A stretch of DNA of 40,682 nt from an uncultured Rickettsiales bacterium (GTDB lineage Bacteria > Pseudomonadota > Alphaproteobacteria > Rickettsiales > JABCZZ01), in assembly GCA_964520155.1 (NCBI GenBank), contig CAZFOM010000002.1, forward strand, positions 1,703 to 42,384, given 5' to 3'. Of the stretch, positions 33,056 through 40,682 are shown piece after piece. Under the pieces are notes generated by a model, which did no database searches, was not told the DNA's origin, and was given only the letters and a program-made list of their open reading frames with translations. The position numbers were made by a program, and so were the translations under genes. Within the stretch, counting starts at the first letter, position 1; each line of letters opens with the position of its first letter.

Positions 33056-33084
33056 TGTTGTACAGCGATATTCATGACCAACGA

Positions 33085-33432
33085 CTACTTTTTCACCCAC
33101 TGCCCCTGCGGATTCATGAATAGGGTTCCCGCATCCGCATTCTCAAAAATTTTGGTTGCGGCGAGTTTTTCCACCACATCCACGGATTGCCCGTTATTGG
33201 CGGCAATACGTTTATACTCGGCTTTGCGCTGACCGTTGATATTCACGACAAATGCGGTGACTTCCGGCGAATTGGAAATGGCCGAGAGATACCCATCCGA
33301 ACGCTCGCCGACCAATCCTTTGGCGCGAGCTTCGTCGAGATCGAGCGCAAAGGCAGCGGATGCAGATACCATGAGTGCAGCAGCGCTATAAAGCACACCA
33401 CGACGTACCGACTGATAAAATGATGTAGCCAT
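33085..33432 (-). CDS. ydbL: YdbL family protein (DUF1318)
   Basis: LDEARAKGLVGERSDGYL...IN..R...Y..IA..NG.S...V.KLAA.K......G......G.WVKK parallels E. coli YdbL. Confidence 0.85.
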   Translation of the reverse strand: MATSFYQSVRRGVLYSAAALMVSASAAFALDLDEARAKGLVGERSDGYLSAISNSPEVTAFVVNINGQRKAEYKRIAANNGQSVDVVEKLAATKIFENADAGTLFMNPQGQWVKK

Positions 33433-33441
33433 GATTTCCTC

Positions 33442-33633
33442 CTAGAAAATGCTGCTTTTCTTTTTCATCGCGTGATCGAGATCTTTGTCAATTTTGACGC
33501 GAATTTCATGCGAGATATTGATATTCATATTGATGACAATTGGCTTATCCGGTGCTTCCACCTTGACGGTTGGGGTGCAGGCGGATGTGACGAGCACTGC
33601 CGCCATTACCACACTAAGAACAAAAATTTTCAC
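33442..33633 (-). CDS. ynbE: YnbE family lipoprotein
   Basis: GTG start at 33633 gives VKIFVLSVVMAAVLVTSAC (lipobox). CTPTVKVEAPDKPIVINMNINISHEIRVKIDKD matches the YnbE pattern. Confidence 0.8.
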   Translation of the reverse strand: MKIFVLSVVMAAVLVTSACTPTVKVEAPDKPIVINMNINISHEIRVKIDKDLDHAMKKKSSIF

Positions 33634-33637
33634 AAGG

Positions 33638-35239
33638 CTACTCCGTAAGCTGTTTTTCGAGTTGGGACGGCAACGCATAGACATCCATACTATGCTTTAT
33701 AATTTCTTCGAGGTTCCCGCGCAAGTTTACATTCAGTTCAATCGGCTTACCGTCGTACAAGGCTGGATTTGCTCCTTTAATCTGAAGCGCGATGAGCGAT
33801 TTCCCATCCGGTTCGCTGTTGACGCGCATGGAAAGCACCTTGAAATGAAAATCCTCTAGAGCTTTTGCGAGCAATTCGGTGGATGCACCGCCGGATGCCA
33901 CAAGCGAAGGATCCGCCGTTGTGTAGCGCAGTTTCCCTTCGTTGATGGCTGCAAGTGTTGCGTTTTCTAGCAACACACGCCCATCGGCAAATCGCACCGG
34001 AATAGTGCCATCGAGCACACCTTCGGCAGCAAAATCCTGCTTGAGCATCAAACTCATGAGCGATTGCAAATCAATCTGGCGCACATGCAGTTTAATCTCT
34101 TTTAGCGCTGGTTTTTTCCAGTTAGTCTGCATCTGGTCGGTAACGAGCGATCCACCCGCCCAGTTCCATTTCATCGGATACAGTATCACCTGATCGTTCG
34201 GGCGCAGTGTAAATTGAATCTGCCCTTTCTCAAGCGGCACACCGGCGATCAACCGGTTTACCATGATGGTTTGTTTGCCTTTGGTCAGTAGCGGCATGAG
34301 CGAGGAAAATGTGAGCTCGGTATCGGCTTCTTCAACTCGCACGCCCGCAACCGTTGCCGAGAATGCATTGATGGATAGTTCGAGTGGGCTCGAAAACACG
34401 CCGTCTTTATATGCAATATCCAATTTTCCTGAAACCGCTCCTTCTACCTGCTGTAGTTTATTGCCTATAATCGGAACAATCTGATCAGGCTGAATGGATC
34501 CGGTACTGAACACAAACGGTTCGAGAGATAGGTTCCCCTGCAACGAGTTCGATTGAGTATGATAGGAAAATTCGTAGGGCAGATGCAGGCTTACACTTTC
34601 ATTCGCAAGACTGCCCCATGCTTTTATAAGATCGAGCGATTGAGACATATAGAGTTGTACATCAAGCGGAACCATAAAGGCAGGGTCGTGCAGATAATTC
34701 ACCGCCTTTGCCATAATTGTGTAGCTCGGCACTTCCGGAGTACTATGATCTTGCAATGTCACCTGCCCCACCTCAACCGTATGCGTGGTATCATCTTTGC
34801 TATATTGCAGGCGGAGTGAACCAATAAGCAGAGCTTTGACCGGCATTTGCAGTTTCGGCTGCGTGGGTTGTGGGTTGGGCGCGGCATCGTTTAGTAGTTT
34901 TTCCAAGCCACCCAGTGCGATGCCTTCGTTGGTTTCGCGCACATGTAACGAAATGGAATCCACATTCAAAAATGTAATCTTCTGATTCACGATGCTTTGT
35001 GGATCATATTGTGCCCAGAGATTTTTAATCTCGATGTCCGTTCCGATCTTGAGTTCGGGAATGCGACAGACATACAACCCGCACTCGGCAATCGAGATTG
35101 TCACATCGGTGATGCCCTTGCTGGCAAGATAGCTACGGATGGCTTTTTCCGCCTGCACCTCTTTCTGCGTATAGAACCACGCACCTGTCACAAGGATCGT
35201 GAGGAAAGAAATCAACAGCAGTGTTTTAATTTTTGACAT
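33638..35239 (-). CDS. ydbH: YdbH-like AsmA-family intermembrane lipid-transport protein (short form, 533 aa)
   Basis: N-terminal TM anchor and a beta-rich sequence. The ydbH-ynbE-ydbL gene order is conserved. Confidence 0.7.
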   Translation of the reverse strand: MSKIKTLLLISFLTILVTGAWFYTQKEVQAEKAIRSYLASKGITDVTISIAECGLYVCRIPELKIGTDIEIKNLWAQYDPQSIVNQKITFLNVDSISLHVRETNEGIALGGLEKLLNDAAPNPQPTQPKLQMPVKALLIGSLRLQYSKDDTTHTVEVGQVTLQDHSTPEVPSYTIMAKAVNYLHDPAFMVPLDVQLYMSQSLDLIKAWGSLANESVSLHLPYEFSYHTQSNSLQGNLSLEPFVFSTGSIQPDQIVPIIGNKLQQVEGAVSGKLDIAYKDGVFSSPLELSINAFSATVAGVRVEEADTELTFSSLMPLLTKGKQTIMVNRLIAGVPLEKGQIQFTLRPNDQVILYPMKWNWAGGSLVTDQMQTNWKKPALKEIKLHVRQIDLQSLMSLMLKQDFAAEGVLDGTIPVRFADGRVLLENATLAAINEGKLRYTTADPSLVASGGASTELLAKALEDFHFKVLSMRVNSEPDGKSLIALQIKGANPALYDGKPIELNVNLRGNLEEIIKHSMDVYALPSQLEKQLTE

Positions 35240-35271
35240 ATCGGGAGGAGAGTTTAGGGTAAATCCATCCT

Positions 35272-35739
35272 ATGTACAAAATTCTTTTCGTCTGCACCGG
35301 AAATATCTGCCGTTCGCCTACTGCCGAAGGCGTTATGCAACATCTGCTGAGTCAGCAGGATATTCAGGGTGTGTCCCTCGATTCCGCCGGTACGCATTCT
35401 TATCATGTGGGTGAGCCACCCGACCCGCGCAGTATTGCTGCAGCGCAAAAACGTGGCATTGAATTAGCCCATCTGCGCGCCCGCAAAGTCACCGCTGCCG
35501 ATTTCGATCAGTTTAATCTGATCCTTGCGTGTGATCAGGGACATTATCAGAATTTGCAGGTTTTACAGCCCAGCAACAGCCGCGCACAGCTTGAACTTTA
35601 CTTACCGTATGTTGGTATCGCTCAACCCAAAGATATTCCTGATCCCTATTACGGCTCGCATCGTGATTTTGAATACGTGCTCGATCTATTGCAGCAGGCG
35701 TCTGAGAAGTTGATGAGGAAAGTTGTGCAGGCAACCTAA
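35272..35739 (+). CDS. low-molecular-weight protein-tyrosine phosphatase
   Basis: ILFVCTGNICRSPTAEG (CX5R(S/T) P-loop) and a DPYY motif. Confidence 0.9.
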   Translation: MYKILFVCTGNICRSPTAEGVMQHLLSQQDIQGVSLDSAGTHSYHVGEPPDPRSIAAAQKRGIELAHLRARKVTAADFDQFNLILACDQGHYQNLQVLQPSNSRAQLELYLPYVGIAQPKDIPDPYYGSHRDFEYVLDLLQQASEKLMRKVVQAT

Positions 35740-35740
35740 T

Positions 35741-35822
35741 TGTCATCCTGAACTTGTTTCAGGATCCATCTAGCAACACTGCTTGATGTCATTATGGATG
35801 CTGAAACAAGTTCAGCATGACA
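35741..35822. repeat. double-hairpin palindromic element (tgtcatcctgaacttgtttcaggatcc ... ggatgctgaaacaagttcagcatgaca)
   Basis: Each ~26-nt arm is itself an 8-bp hairpin. The two arms are inverted copies of each other with 2 mismatches. The element starts 2 nt after the phosphatase stop codon. Confidence 0.8.
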
Positions 35823-35823
35823 C

Positions 35824-35859
35824 AGCTTTCTGAAACCTGAAAGCTGACACCTGACAGCT
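35824..35859. repeat. AGCT-heptad repeat, same family as the lysK insertion
   Basis: agctttc tgaaacc tgaaagc tgacacc tgacagc t. It shares cctgacagct and aaagctgaca words with 8253-8330 (opposite strand) and abuts the ABC-F stop codon. Confidence 0.7.
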
Positions 35860-35860
35860 A

Positions 35861-37717
35861 CTATTCCCCAACCTTCATCTGCATTTCCTCAAGCTCCAGC
35901 CAGCGGTGCTCGGAAGTTTCCAGTTCATGCTGTGCAAGGGCGTAGCGCCGTGAGAGTTTATCAAATCGCTCAGGCTCACGCGTATAGAGTGTGGTGTCGG
36001 ATAGCACCTCTTTCATCTCCGACAGTTCTTTTTCAAGCGCCGCGATTTTGATCGGTAATTGTTCCAACTCATACTTGTATTTATAGGACAACTTGGTGCT
36101 GGATTTTCTCGCAATCTCCGGCGGGGCTTCTACAACTACCGGCGTGGATGCCGCTTTCTTCTTGGCAATCTTTCCTTCACGAATCTGCTTGGCTTCGAGG
36201 TAATCGCTGTAACCACCGATATACCCGTCCACGATGGTGTCACCTTCAAACGCCAGCACTTTGGTGACGGTGCGATCGAGAAAATCGCGGTCGTGACTGA
36301 CCAGAATCAGCGTGCCTTGATAGTCGGATAAAATCTCCTGCAGCATATCGAGCGTGTCCATATCGAGATCGTTGGTCGGCTCGTCGAGGATCAATACATT
36401 GCCCGGATGTGCGAGCACTCGTGCCAGCATCAGGCGGTTCTGCTGCCCACCTGACAAGGTGCCCACCAGATCGCGGGCAATGCGCGGATCGAACAGAAAA
36501 TTTTTGAGATACCCGCACACATGCACCGGTTTGCGATCTTCATCGTTGCCCAGAAAGACATAATCCCCACCGTCGGGACAGAGCGTATCCCACACCGATT
36601 TTTTCGGATTCAGCAGCGAACGATTCTGATCGAAATAGGAAAACTCGATGGTTTTACCGCGCGCGATCCGCCCCTCATCGGGCTCAATCTCGCCCACCAG
36701 CAATTTGAGGAACGTGGATTTCCCTGACCCGTTCTTGCCAAGAATTCCAATCCGATCCCCACGCAGAATACGCACGTTGAAATCCTTGAGAATCGGCACG
36801 GGCTTTCCCGCGTAGGTGTAGCTTTTGGTGATGTGTTTGAATTCTGCCACGAGCTTGGAAGCCTTCGTAGGCGCAAGCGGATCAAGGTCTATGGTGCGGA
36901 TGGTCTGATTGTAAGACGCTTTGTCATTTTTGAGTTTTTCGCGCAGCCGGTGCAGCTCTCTCAGGCGCCGCACATTGCGCTTGCGCCGCGCACTCACCCC
37001 GCCCTGCGTCCAATCCACCTCGGCTTCCATCTTGCGTTCCATATTATGGATCGAACGCGCCTCGAGTTCTAAAATCTGATCCGCCCAATCGCTATAGGCA
37101 TCGTACCCGCCGGTGAATGTCCGCACCGAGCCACGGTCAATCCACAGCACCTTGCGCCCAACCGCACGAAGAAACGCACGGTCGTGGCTGACCACCACGA
37201 GCGCGCCACGATACGATGCAAGATAGTTTTCCAGCCACTCGATGGTGCCTAAATCGAGATGGTTGGTCGGCTCATCAAGCAGCAACACATCCGGCTCCAC
37301 CAGCAATGCACGCGCCAATGCTGCACGGCGCAACTGCCCGCCGGATAAAGCGTGCATCGGTTTATCAGGATCGAGTCCGAGTGGCGCGATAATCATATCC
37401 GCAAGATAATGCTTATGCTCCGCCTCTTCCTTACCAAAACCGGTGAGCACAAACTGTTTCACCGTGTCATCGGGCTGGTGATCCACTTTCTGCGCGAGGT
37501 ACCCAATCGTAAGCCCAGGAATCGCAAAGCGCTTACCGGCATCGAGTTCCAGCTCGCCCATGATGAGGCGCATGAGCGTGGTTTTCCCTGCGCCGTTACG
37601 CCCCACCAGACAGATTTTCTCCCCCTCGCAGACGTGAAACCGTATGCCCTGAAACAACGGTTTACCGCCGAATGTCAGGGTGACATCTTCCAGACTTACC
37701 AATACCCGATCCGCCAT
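35861..37717 (-). CDS. uup: ABC-F family ATPase (Uup-like), two ABC domains plus C-terminal coiled coil
   Basis: Two Walker A motifs (GRNGAGKTT, GKNGSGKST) and two LSGGQ signatures. The start is uncertain (37717 MADRVLV... or 37738). Confidence 0.85.
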   Translation of the reverse strand: MADRVLVSLEDVTLTFGGKPLFQGIRFHVCEGEKICLVGRNGAGKTTLMRLIMGELELDAGKRFAIPGLTIGYLAQKVDHQPDDTVKQFVLTGFGKEEAEHKHYLADMIIAPLGLDPDKPMHALSGGQLRRAALARALLVEPDVLLLDEPTNHLDLGTIEWLENYLASYRGALVVVSHDRAFLRAVGRKVLWIDRGSVRTFTGGYDAYSDWADQILELEARSIHNMERKMEAEVDWTQGGVSARRKRNVRRLRELHRLREKLKNDKASYNQTIRTIDLDPLAPTKASKLVAEFKHITKSYTYAGKPVPILKDFNVRILRGDRIGILGKNGSGKSTFLKLLVGEIEPDEGRIARGKTIEFSYFDQNRSLLNPKKSVWDTLCPDGGDYVFLGNDEDRKPVHVCGYLKNFLFDPRIARDLVGTLSGGQQNRLMLARVLAHPGNVLILDEPTNDLDMDTLDMLQEILSDYQGTLILVSHDRDFLDRTVTKVLAFEGDTIVDGYIGGYSDYLEAKQIREGKIAKKKAASTPVVVEAPPEIARKSSTKLSYKYKYELEQLPIKIAALEKELSEMKEVLSDTTLYTREPERFDKLSRRYALAQHELETSEHRWLELEEMQMKVGE

Positions 37718-37771
37718 CGGTGGCTGTCTAGCACACATGTTTTGATATTGCAGCGCAAAAACGCTTGCGCC

Positions 37772-37799
37772 TTGAATGGTCAGTGCATTTTGGTATAGT
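37772..37799 (+). promoter_or_regulatory. candidate sigma70-type promoter for hppD operon
   Basis: TTGAAT-N16-TATAGT, about 120 nt upstream of the hppD ATG. An 8-bp hairpin (cgatgcac...gtgcatcg) lies in the putative leader. Confidence 0.3.
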
Positions 37800-37915
37800 C
37801 ATAAAAAAACACCGATGCACCGTGTGATGAGAGTGCATCGAATAGCCGTACGGTCGTTCGTGCGCGCGTTAGTTTGGTGTGATCCATCACGATTCTTGTA
37901 TCACCGGAGCCACGC

Positions 37916-39013
37916 ATGGCACGCAATGCCTATTTCAGCGAACATAATCCCATGGGTACGGACGGGTTCGAGTTTGTCGAATTCGCTGCCCCTGACACCG
38001 AACCCCTCACCGGCCTTTTTTTGAAACTGGGATTTACCAAAATCGCCAAACACCGCAGTAAAAACGTCACGCTGTTTCGGCAGAATGATGTGAATTTTGT
38101 TTTGAATAACGAACCGCAATCCCATGCCCAGAGCTTCTGGCAGCTACACGGTCTATCGGCTAACGCGATGGCGTTTCGCGTGAAAAATGTCGCCGCCGCA
38201 CTCGAACATGCGAAGAAATCCGGTGCCCGTATTCATGAAAGCGGCAAAGTCGGCCCGATGGAGCTTAACATTCCGGCGATCGAAGGCATCGGCGGCAGTT
38301 TGCTCTATCTCGTGGATCGTTACGGCAGCAAGGGTTCGATCTACGATGTGGATTTTGAATATCTGCCTGGCGTGGATAAACACCCCAAAGGCTGCGGGCT
38401 TACCTATATTGATCACCTTACGCACAATGTATATCGCGGGCATATGGATCAATGGGCGCATTTTTATGAGAGCATCTTCAACTTCAAGGAAATCCGCTAT
38501 TTCGATATTGAAGGCAAGCTCACCGGCCTCAAAAGCCGCGCCATGACCAGCCCGTGCGGAAAAATCCGTATTCCCATCAATGAATCCTCCGACGATAAGT
38601 CGCAGATTCATGAATATCTCGAGCAGTATAACGGCGAAGGCATCCAGCATATCGCGCTGGCAACCGACCATATTTATGGCTCGGTGGAAGCGCTCAGGCG
38701 CAATGATGTGTCGTTCATGGATGTCCCTGATACCTATTACGACGCAGTGGATACCAGGCTTCCAGGGCACGGCGAGGATCTGGAGCGTATGAAAAACAAC
38801 CGTATCCTGATAGACGGCGCGCCGGATTCTGCGCCAGGCAAAAAAGACGGTGGCCTATTGCTTCAGATTTTCACCAACACCGTGATCGGCCCGATCTTCT
38901 TTGAGGTCATCCAGCGCAAAGGCGATGAGGGCTTTGGTGAAGGCAACTTCAAAGCCCTGTTTGAATCGATCGAGCGCGATCAGATCAAGCGCGGTGTGCT
39001 GAAAGGAGCCTGA
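37916..39013 (+). CDS. hppD: 4-hydroxyphenylpyruvate dioxygenase
   Basis: NPMGTDGFEFVEFA N-terminus, GIQHIAL, FFEVIQRKG....FGEGNFKALFESIE C-terminus. Confidence 0.95.
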   Translation: MARNAYFSEHNPMGTDGFEFVEFAAPDTEPLTGLFLKLGFTKIAKHRSKNVTLFRQNDVNFVLNNEPQSHAQSFWQLHGLSANAMAFRVKNVAAALEHAKKSGARIHESGKVGPMELNIPAIEGIGGSLLYLVDRYGSKGSIYDVDFEYLPGVDKHPKGCGLTYIDHLTHNVYRGHMDQWAHFYESIFNFKEIRYFDIEGKLTGLKSRAMTSPCGKIRIPINESSDDKSQIHEYLEQYNGEGIQHIALATDHIYGSVEALRRNDVSFMDVPDTYYDAVDTRLPGHGEDLERMKNNRILIDGAPDSAPGKKDGGLLLQIFTNTVIGPIFFEVIQRKGDEGFGEGNFKALFESIERDQIKRGVLKGA

Positions 39014-39014
39014 C

Positions 39015-40142
39015 ATGAAAGAATGGATCCGCTTTTCCAAAATCGAGGGTAACACGTCGCGTCAGGCGCATTGCGATCTGCCCGAAGGTACCTTTGAGCG
39101 CGAGTTCGGGCGCGAAGGATTCTTTGGCCCTTGTAGCCACCTCTATCATCCGCACAAGCCGACGGCGTGGCTGAAGTTTGAAGGCCCGCTCAAACCGCGC
39201 GCCTTTGATTACACCAAACACACCGCCATCAGCAATAGCCCGTGGCAGGCGGTGCCGGTGTTTCATAATGCACAGATGCAGTTTCGTATCTGGCGCGCGT
39301 CCGGTGCGATGGATCATCTGGTGGCCAATGGCGACGGCGATGAACTGCTCTTCATCCATAGCGGCAGCGGGCACCTCTTCTGTGATTTCGGGCATCTTCC
39401 GTTTAGCGAGGGCGACTACATTATGCTCCCGCGCGGCAGCATGTGGCGCATCACATGCGATACCGATGCCGTGATTTTGCTGATGGAAGCCACCAACGAC
39501 GCCTACCGCCTTCCCATTAAAGGCGTGGTGGGGCCACATGCGATTTTCGATCCGGCGATGTTTGACACCCCCGCACTCGATGCGGCATTCGACGCGCAGC
39601 GTAGCGAAAAAGAAACTTCGCTGGTGGTAAAAAAACGTGGGCAGCTTTCCACCATCACCTTCGCCCATAACCCGCTCGATGCGGTAGGCTGGAAAGGCGA
39701 TAACCTGCCGGTGAAGATCAACTGGCGCAGCATCCGCGCACTCATGAGCCACCGCTACCATGTGCCGCCTTCGGCGCATACGACATTTCTGGCCAACCGC
39801 TTTGTCGTCTGCACCTTCACACCACGCCCCATTGAAACCGATCCGGGGGCGCTCAAGGTGCCGTTCTTCCATTCCAATAACGATTACGATGAGATTATTT
39901 TCTACCATCAGGGTAATTTCTTCAGCCGCGACAATATCCATCCGGGGATGATTACCCTGCATCCGTGCGGCTTTCCGCATGGCCCGCATCCGGGCGCGTT
40001 TCAGATCGGGGCGAAATCGGAACGTAAGGAAACCGACGAAGTCGCGGTGATGATTGACACACGCGACGCGGTGGATATTGCACCGGAAGCCACACAAGTC
40101 GAATGGGCAAGCTACGCCGATTCGTGGAAGGAAAAAGCATGA
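39015..40142 (+). CDS. hmgA: homogentisate 1,2-dioxygenase, short (~375 aa) form
   Basis: Cupin-type sequence located between hppD and an FAH-family gene. It is about the length of the short HmgA family seen in some bacteria. The assignment is partly by context. Confidence 0.65.
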   Translation: MKEWIRFSKIEGNTSRQAHCDLPEGTFEREFGREGFFGPCSHLYHPHKPTAWLKFEGPLKPRAFDYTKHTAISNSPWQAVPVFHNAQMQFRIWRASGAMDHLVANGDGDELLFIHSGSGHLFCDFGHLPFSEGDYIMLPRGSMWRITCDTDAVILLMEATNDAYRLPIKGVVGPHAIFDPAMFDTPALDAAFDAQRSEKETSLVVKKRGQLSTITFAHNPLDAVGWKGDNLPVKINWRSIRALMSHRYHVPPSAHTTFLANRFVVCTFTPRPIETDPGALKVPFFHSNNDYDEIIFYHQGNFFSRDNIHPGMITLHPCGFPHGPHPGAFQIGAKSERKETDEVAVMIDTRDAVDIAPEATQVEWASYADSWKEKA

Positions 40143-40682
40143 AACTCGCCAGCCTCAAATACGGACGCGACGGTAAACTGATCGTCGTCAATCGCGCGCT
40201 CACGCATGCCGTGGATGCAACCTCGATTGCGCCCACGCTGCAAGCCGCGCTCGATGACTGGAAACACGCTGCGCCTAAGCTGCGCGCATTGAGCACACAG
40301 CTCGATGCCGGATCAGTGAAAAATGCATTCGCATTTGATCAAACGAAAGTCCATTCGCCCCTACCCCGCGCCTATCAATGGGCGGATGGTTCAGCGTATG
40401 TCACGCATGTCGAGCTGGTTCGCAAAGCACGCGGCGCCGAGATGCCGCCGAGTTTCTGGACGGATCCGCTGATCTATCAGGGCTGTTCGGATACGTTTCT
40501 CGCACCGACCGATCCAATTGCAATGGCGGATGTGAGTTGGGGGATTGATTTTGAATCCGAAGTCGCCGTCATCACCGATGATGTGCCGATGGGTGTAACT
40601 CCTGCCGATGCCGCGCGGCATATTCAACTCGTTTTACTCGTAAACGACGTGTCGCTCAGAAATCTCATTCCGAATGAACTTG
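40139..40682 (+). CDS. fumarylacetoacetate hydrolase (FAH) family protein, N-terminal part; 3' end lies outside the window
   Basis: Absent from the ORF track because no stop codon falls in the window. The ATG at 40139 overlaps the hmgA TGA (ATGA). Hand translation gives MKLASLKYGRDGKLIVVNRALTHAVD...PLPRAYQWADGSAYVTHVELVRKARGAEMP.... Confidence 0.75.
   Translation, partial: MKLASLKYGRDGKLIVVNRALTHAVDATSIAPTLQAALDDWKHAAPKLRALSTQLDAGSVKNAFAFDQTKVHSPLPRAYQWADGSAYVTHVELVRKARGAEMPPSFWTDPLIYQGCSDTFLAPTDPIAMADVSWGIDFESEVAVITDDVPMGVTPADAARHIQLVLLVNDVSLRNLIPNEL

Noticed and set aside
38985-40097. 370-aa ORF on the minus strand (also 38153-38770, 205 aa) opposite hmgA/hppD
   Set aside because: It is antisense to two genes with strong, recognisable homology. 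Its composition is Arg/Ala/His-rich and low in information, typical of shadow ORFs in GC-rich coding DNA. It has no motif and no SD.
1-40682. tRNA/rRNA genes, integrases, transposases, prophage or toxin-antitoxin/defence modules
   Set aside because: A scan of all intergenic regions by eye found no T-loop (GTTCGAATC-like) or acceptor-stem structures. No ORF carries recombinase, transposase or classical defence-system motifs. The absence is by visual inspection only.

Overview
The window looks like an alphaproteobacterial chromosomal segment. The evidence is class I LysRS, Usg, a HIG1-type twin-TM protein, the tlpA | argH-small lipoprotein-lysA block, and an MJ0042 zinc-ribbon gene divergent from ftsE. 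Most of it is tightly packed housekeeping: plsC (partial), ftsE, hpt, lysA, argH, tlpA, lysK, ygfZ, usg, a PduO-type adenosyltransferase, etfB, the ydbH-ynbE-ydbL lipid-transport operon, an LMW-PTP, an ABC-F ATPase and a tyrosine-catabolism operon (hppD-hmgA-FAH). A cobalamin riboswitch precedes a btuB-btuFCD-like uptake operon.

Three accessory patches interrupt this backbone:
1. About 9.4-12.3 kb: an RTX-type secreted protein gene carrying an in-frame TGA, an AT-rich non-coding stretch with two paralogous sRNA-like units, and a GIY-YIG nuclease gene bracketed by palindromic repeat elements.
2. About 13.6-15.1 kb: an overlapping FkbM methyltransferase / 2OG-oxygenase-like pair.
3. About 26.35-30.5 kb: a curli-type functional amyloid operon with a ~22-repeat curlin, a second curlin, csgF and an extended csgG. 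No csgE/C/D/H is visible. The operon sits where etfA would normally follow etfB.

The window also carries two kinds of small repeats. One is nested palindromic elements with the 'GTCATTGCGAG' core. The other is heptanucleotide tandem repeats, at least two of which lie in frame inside conserved genes (lysK and a HAD hydrolase).

No tRNA, rRNA, CRISPR array, integrase or transposase was recognised. All family assignments come from reading the supplied translations and from memory of motifs. No searches were run.
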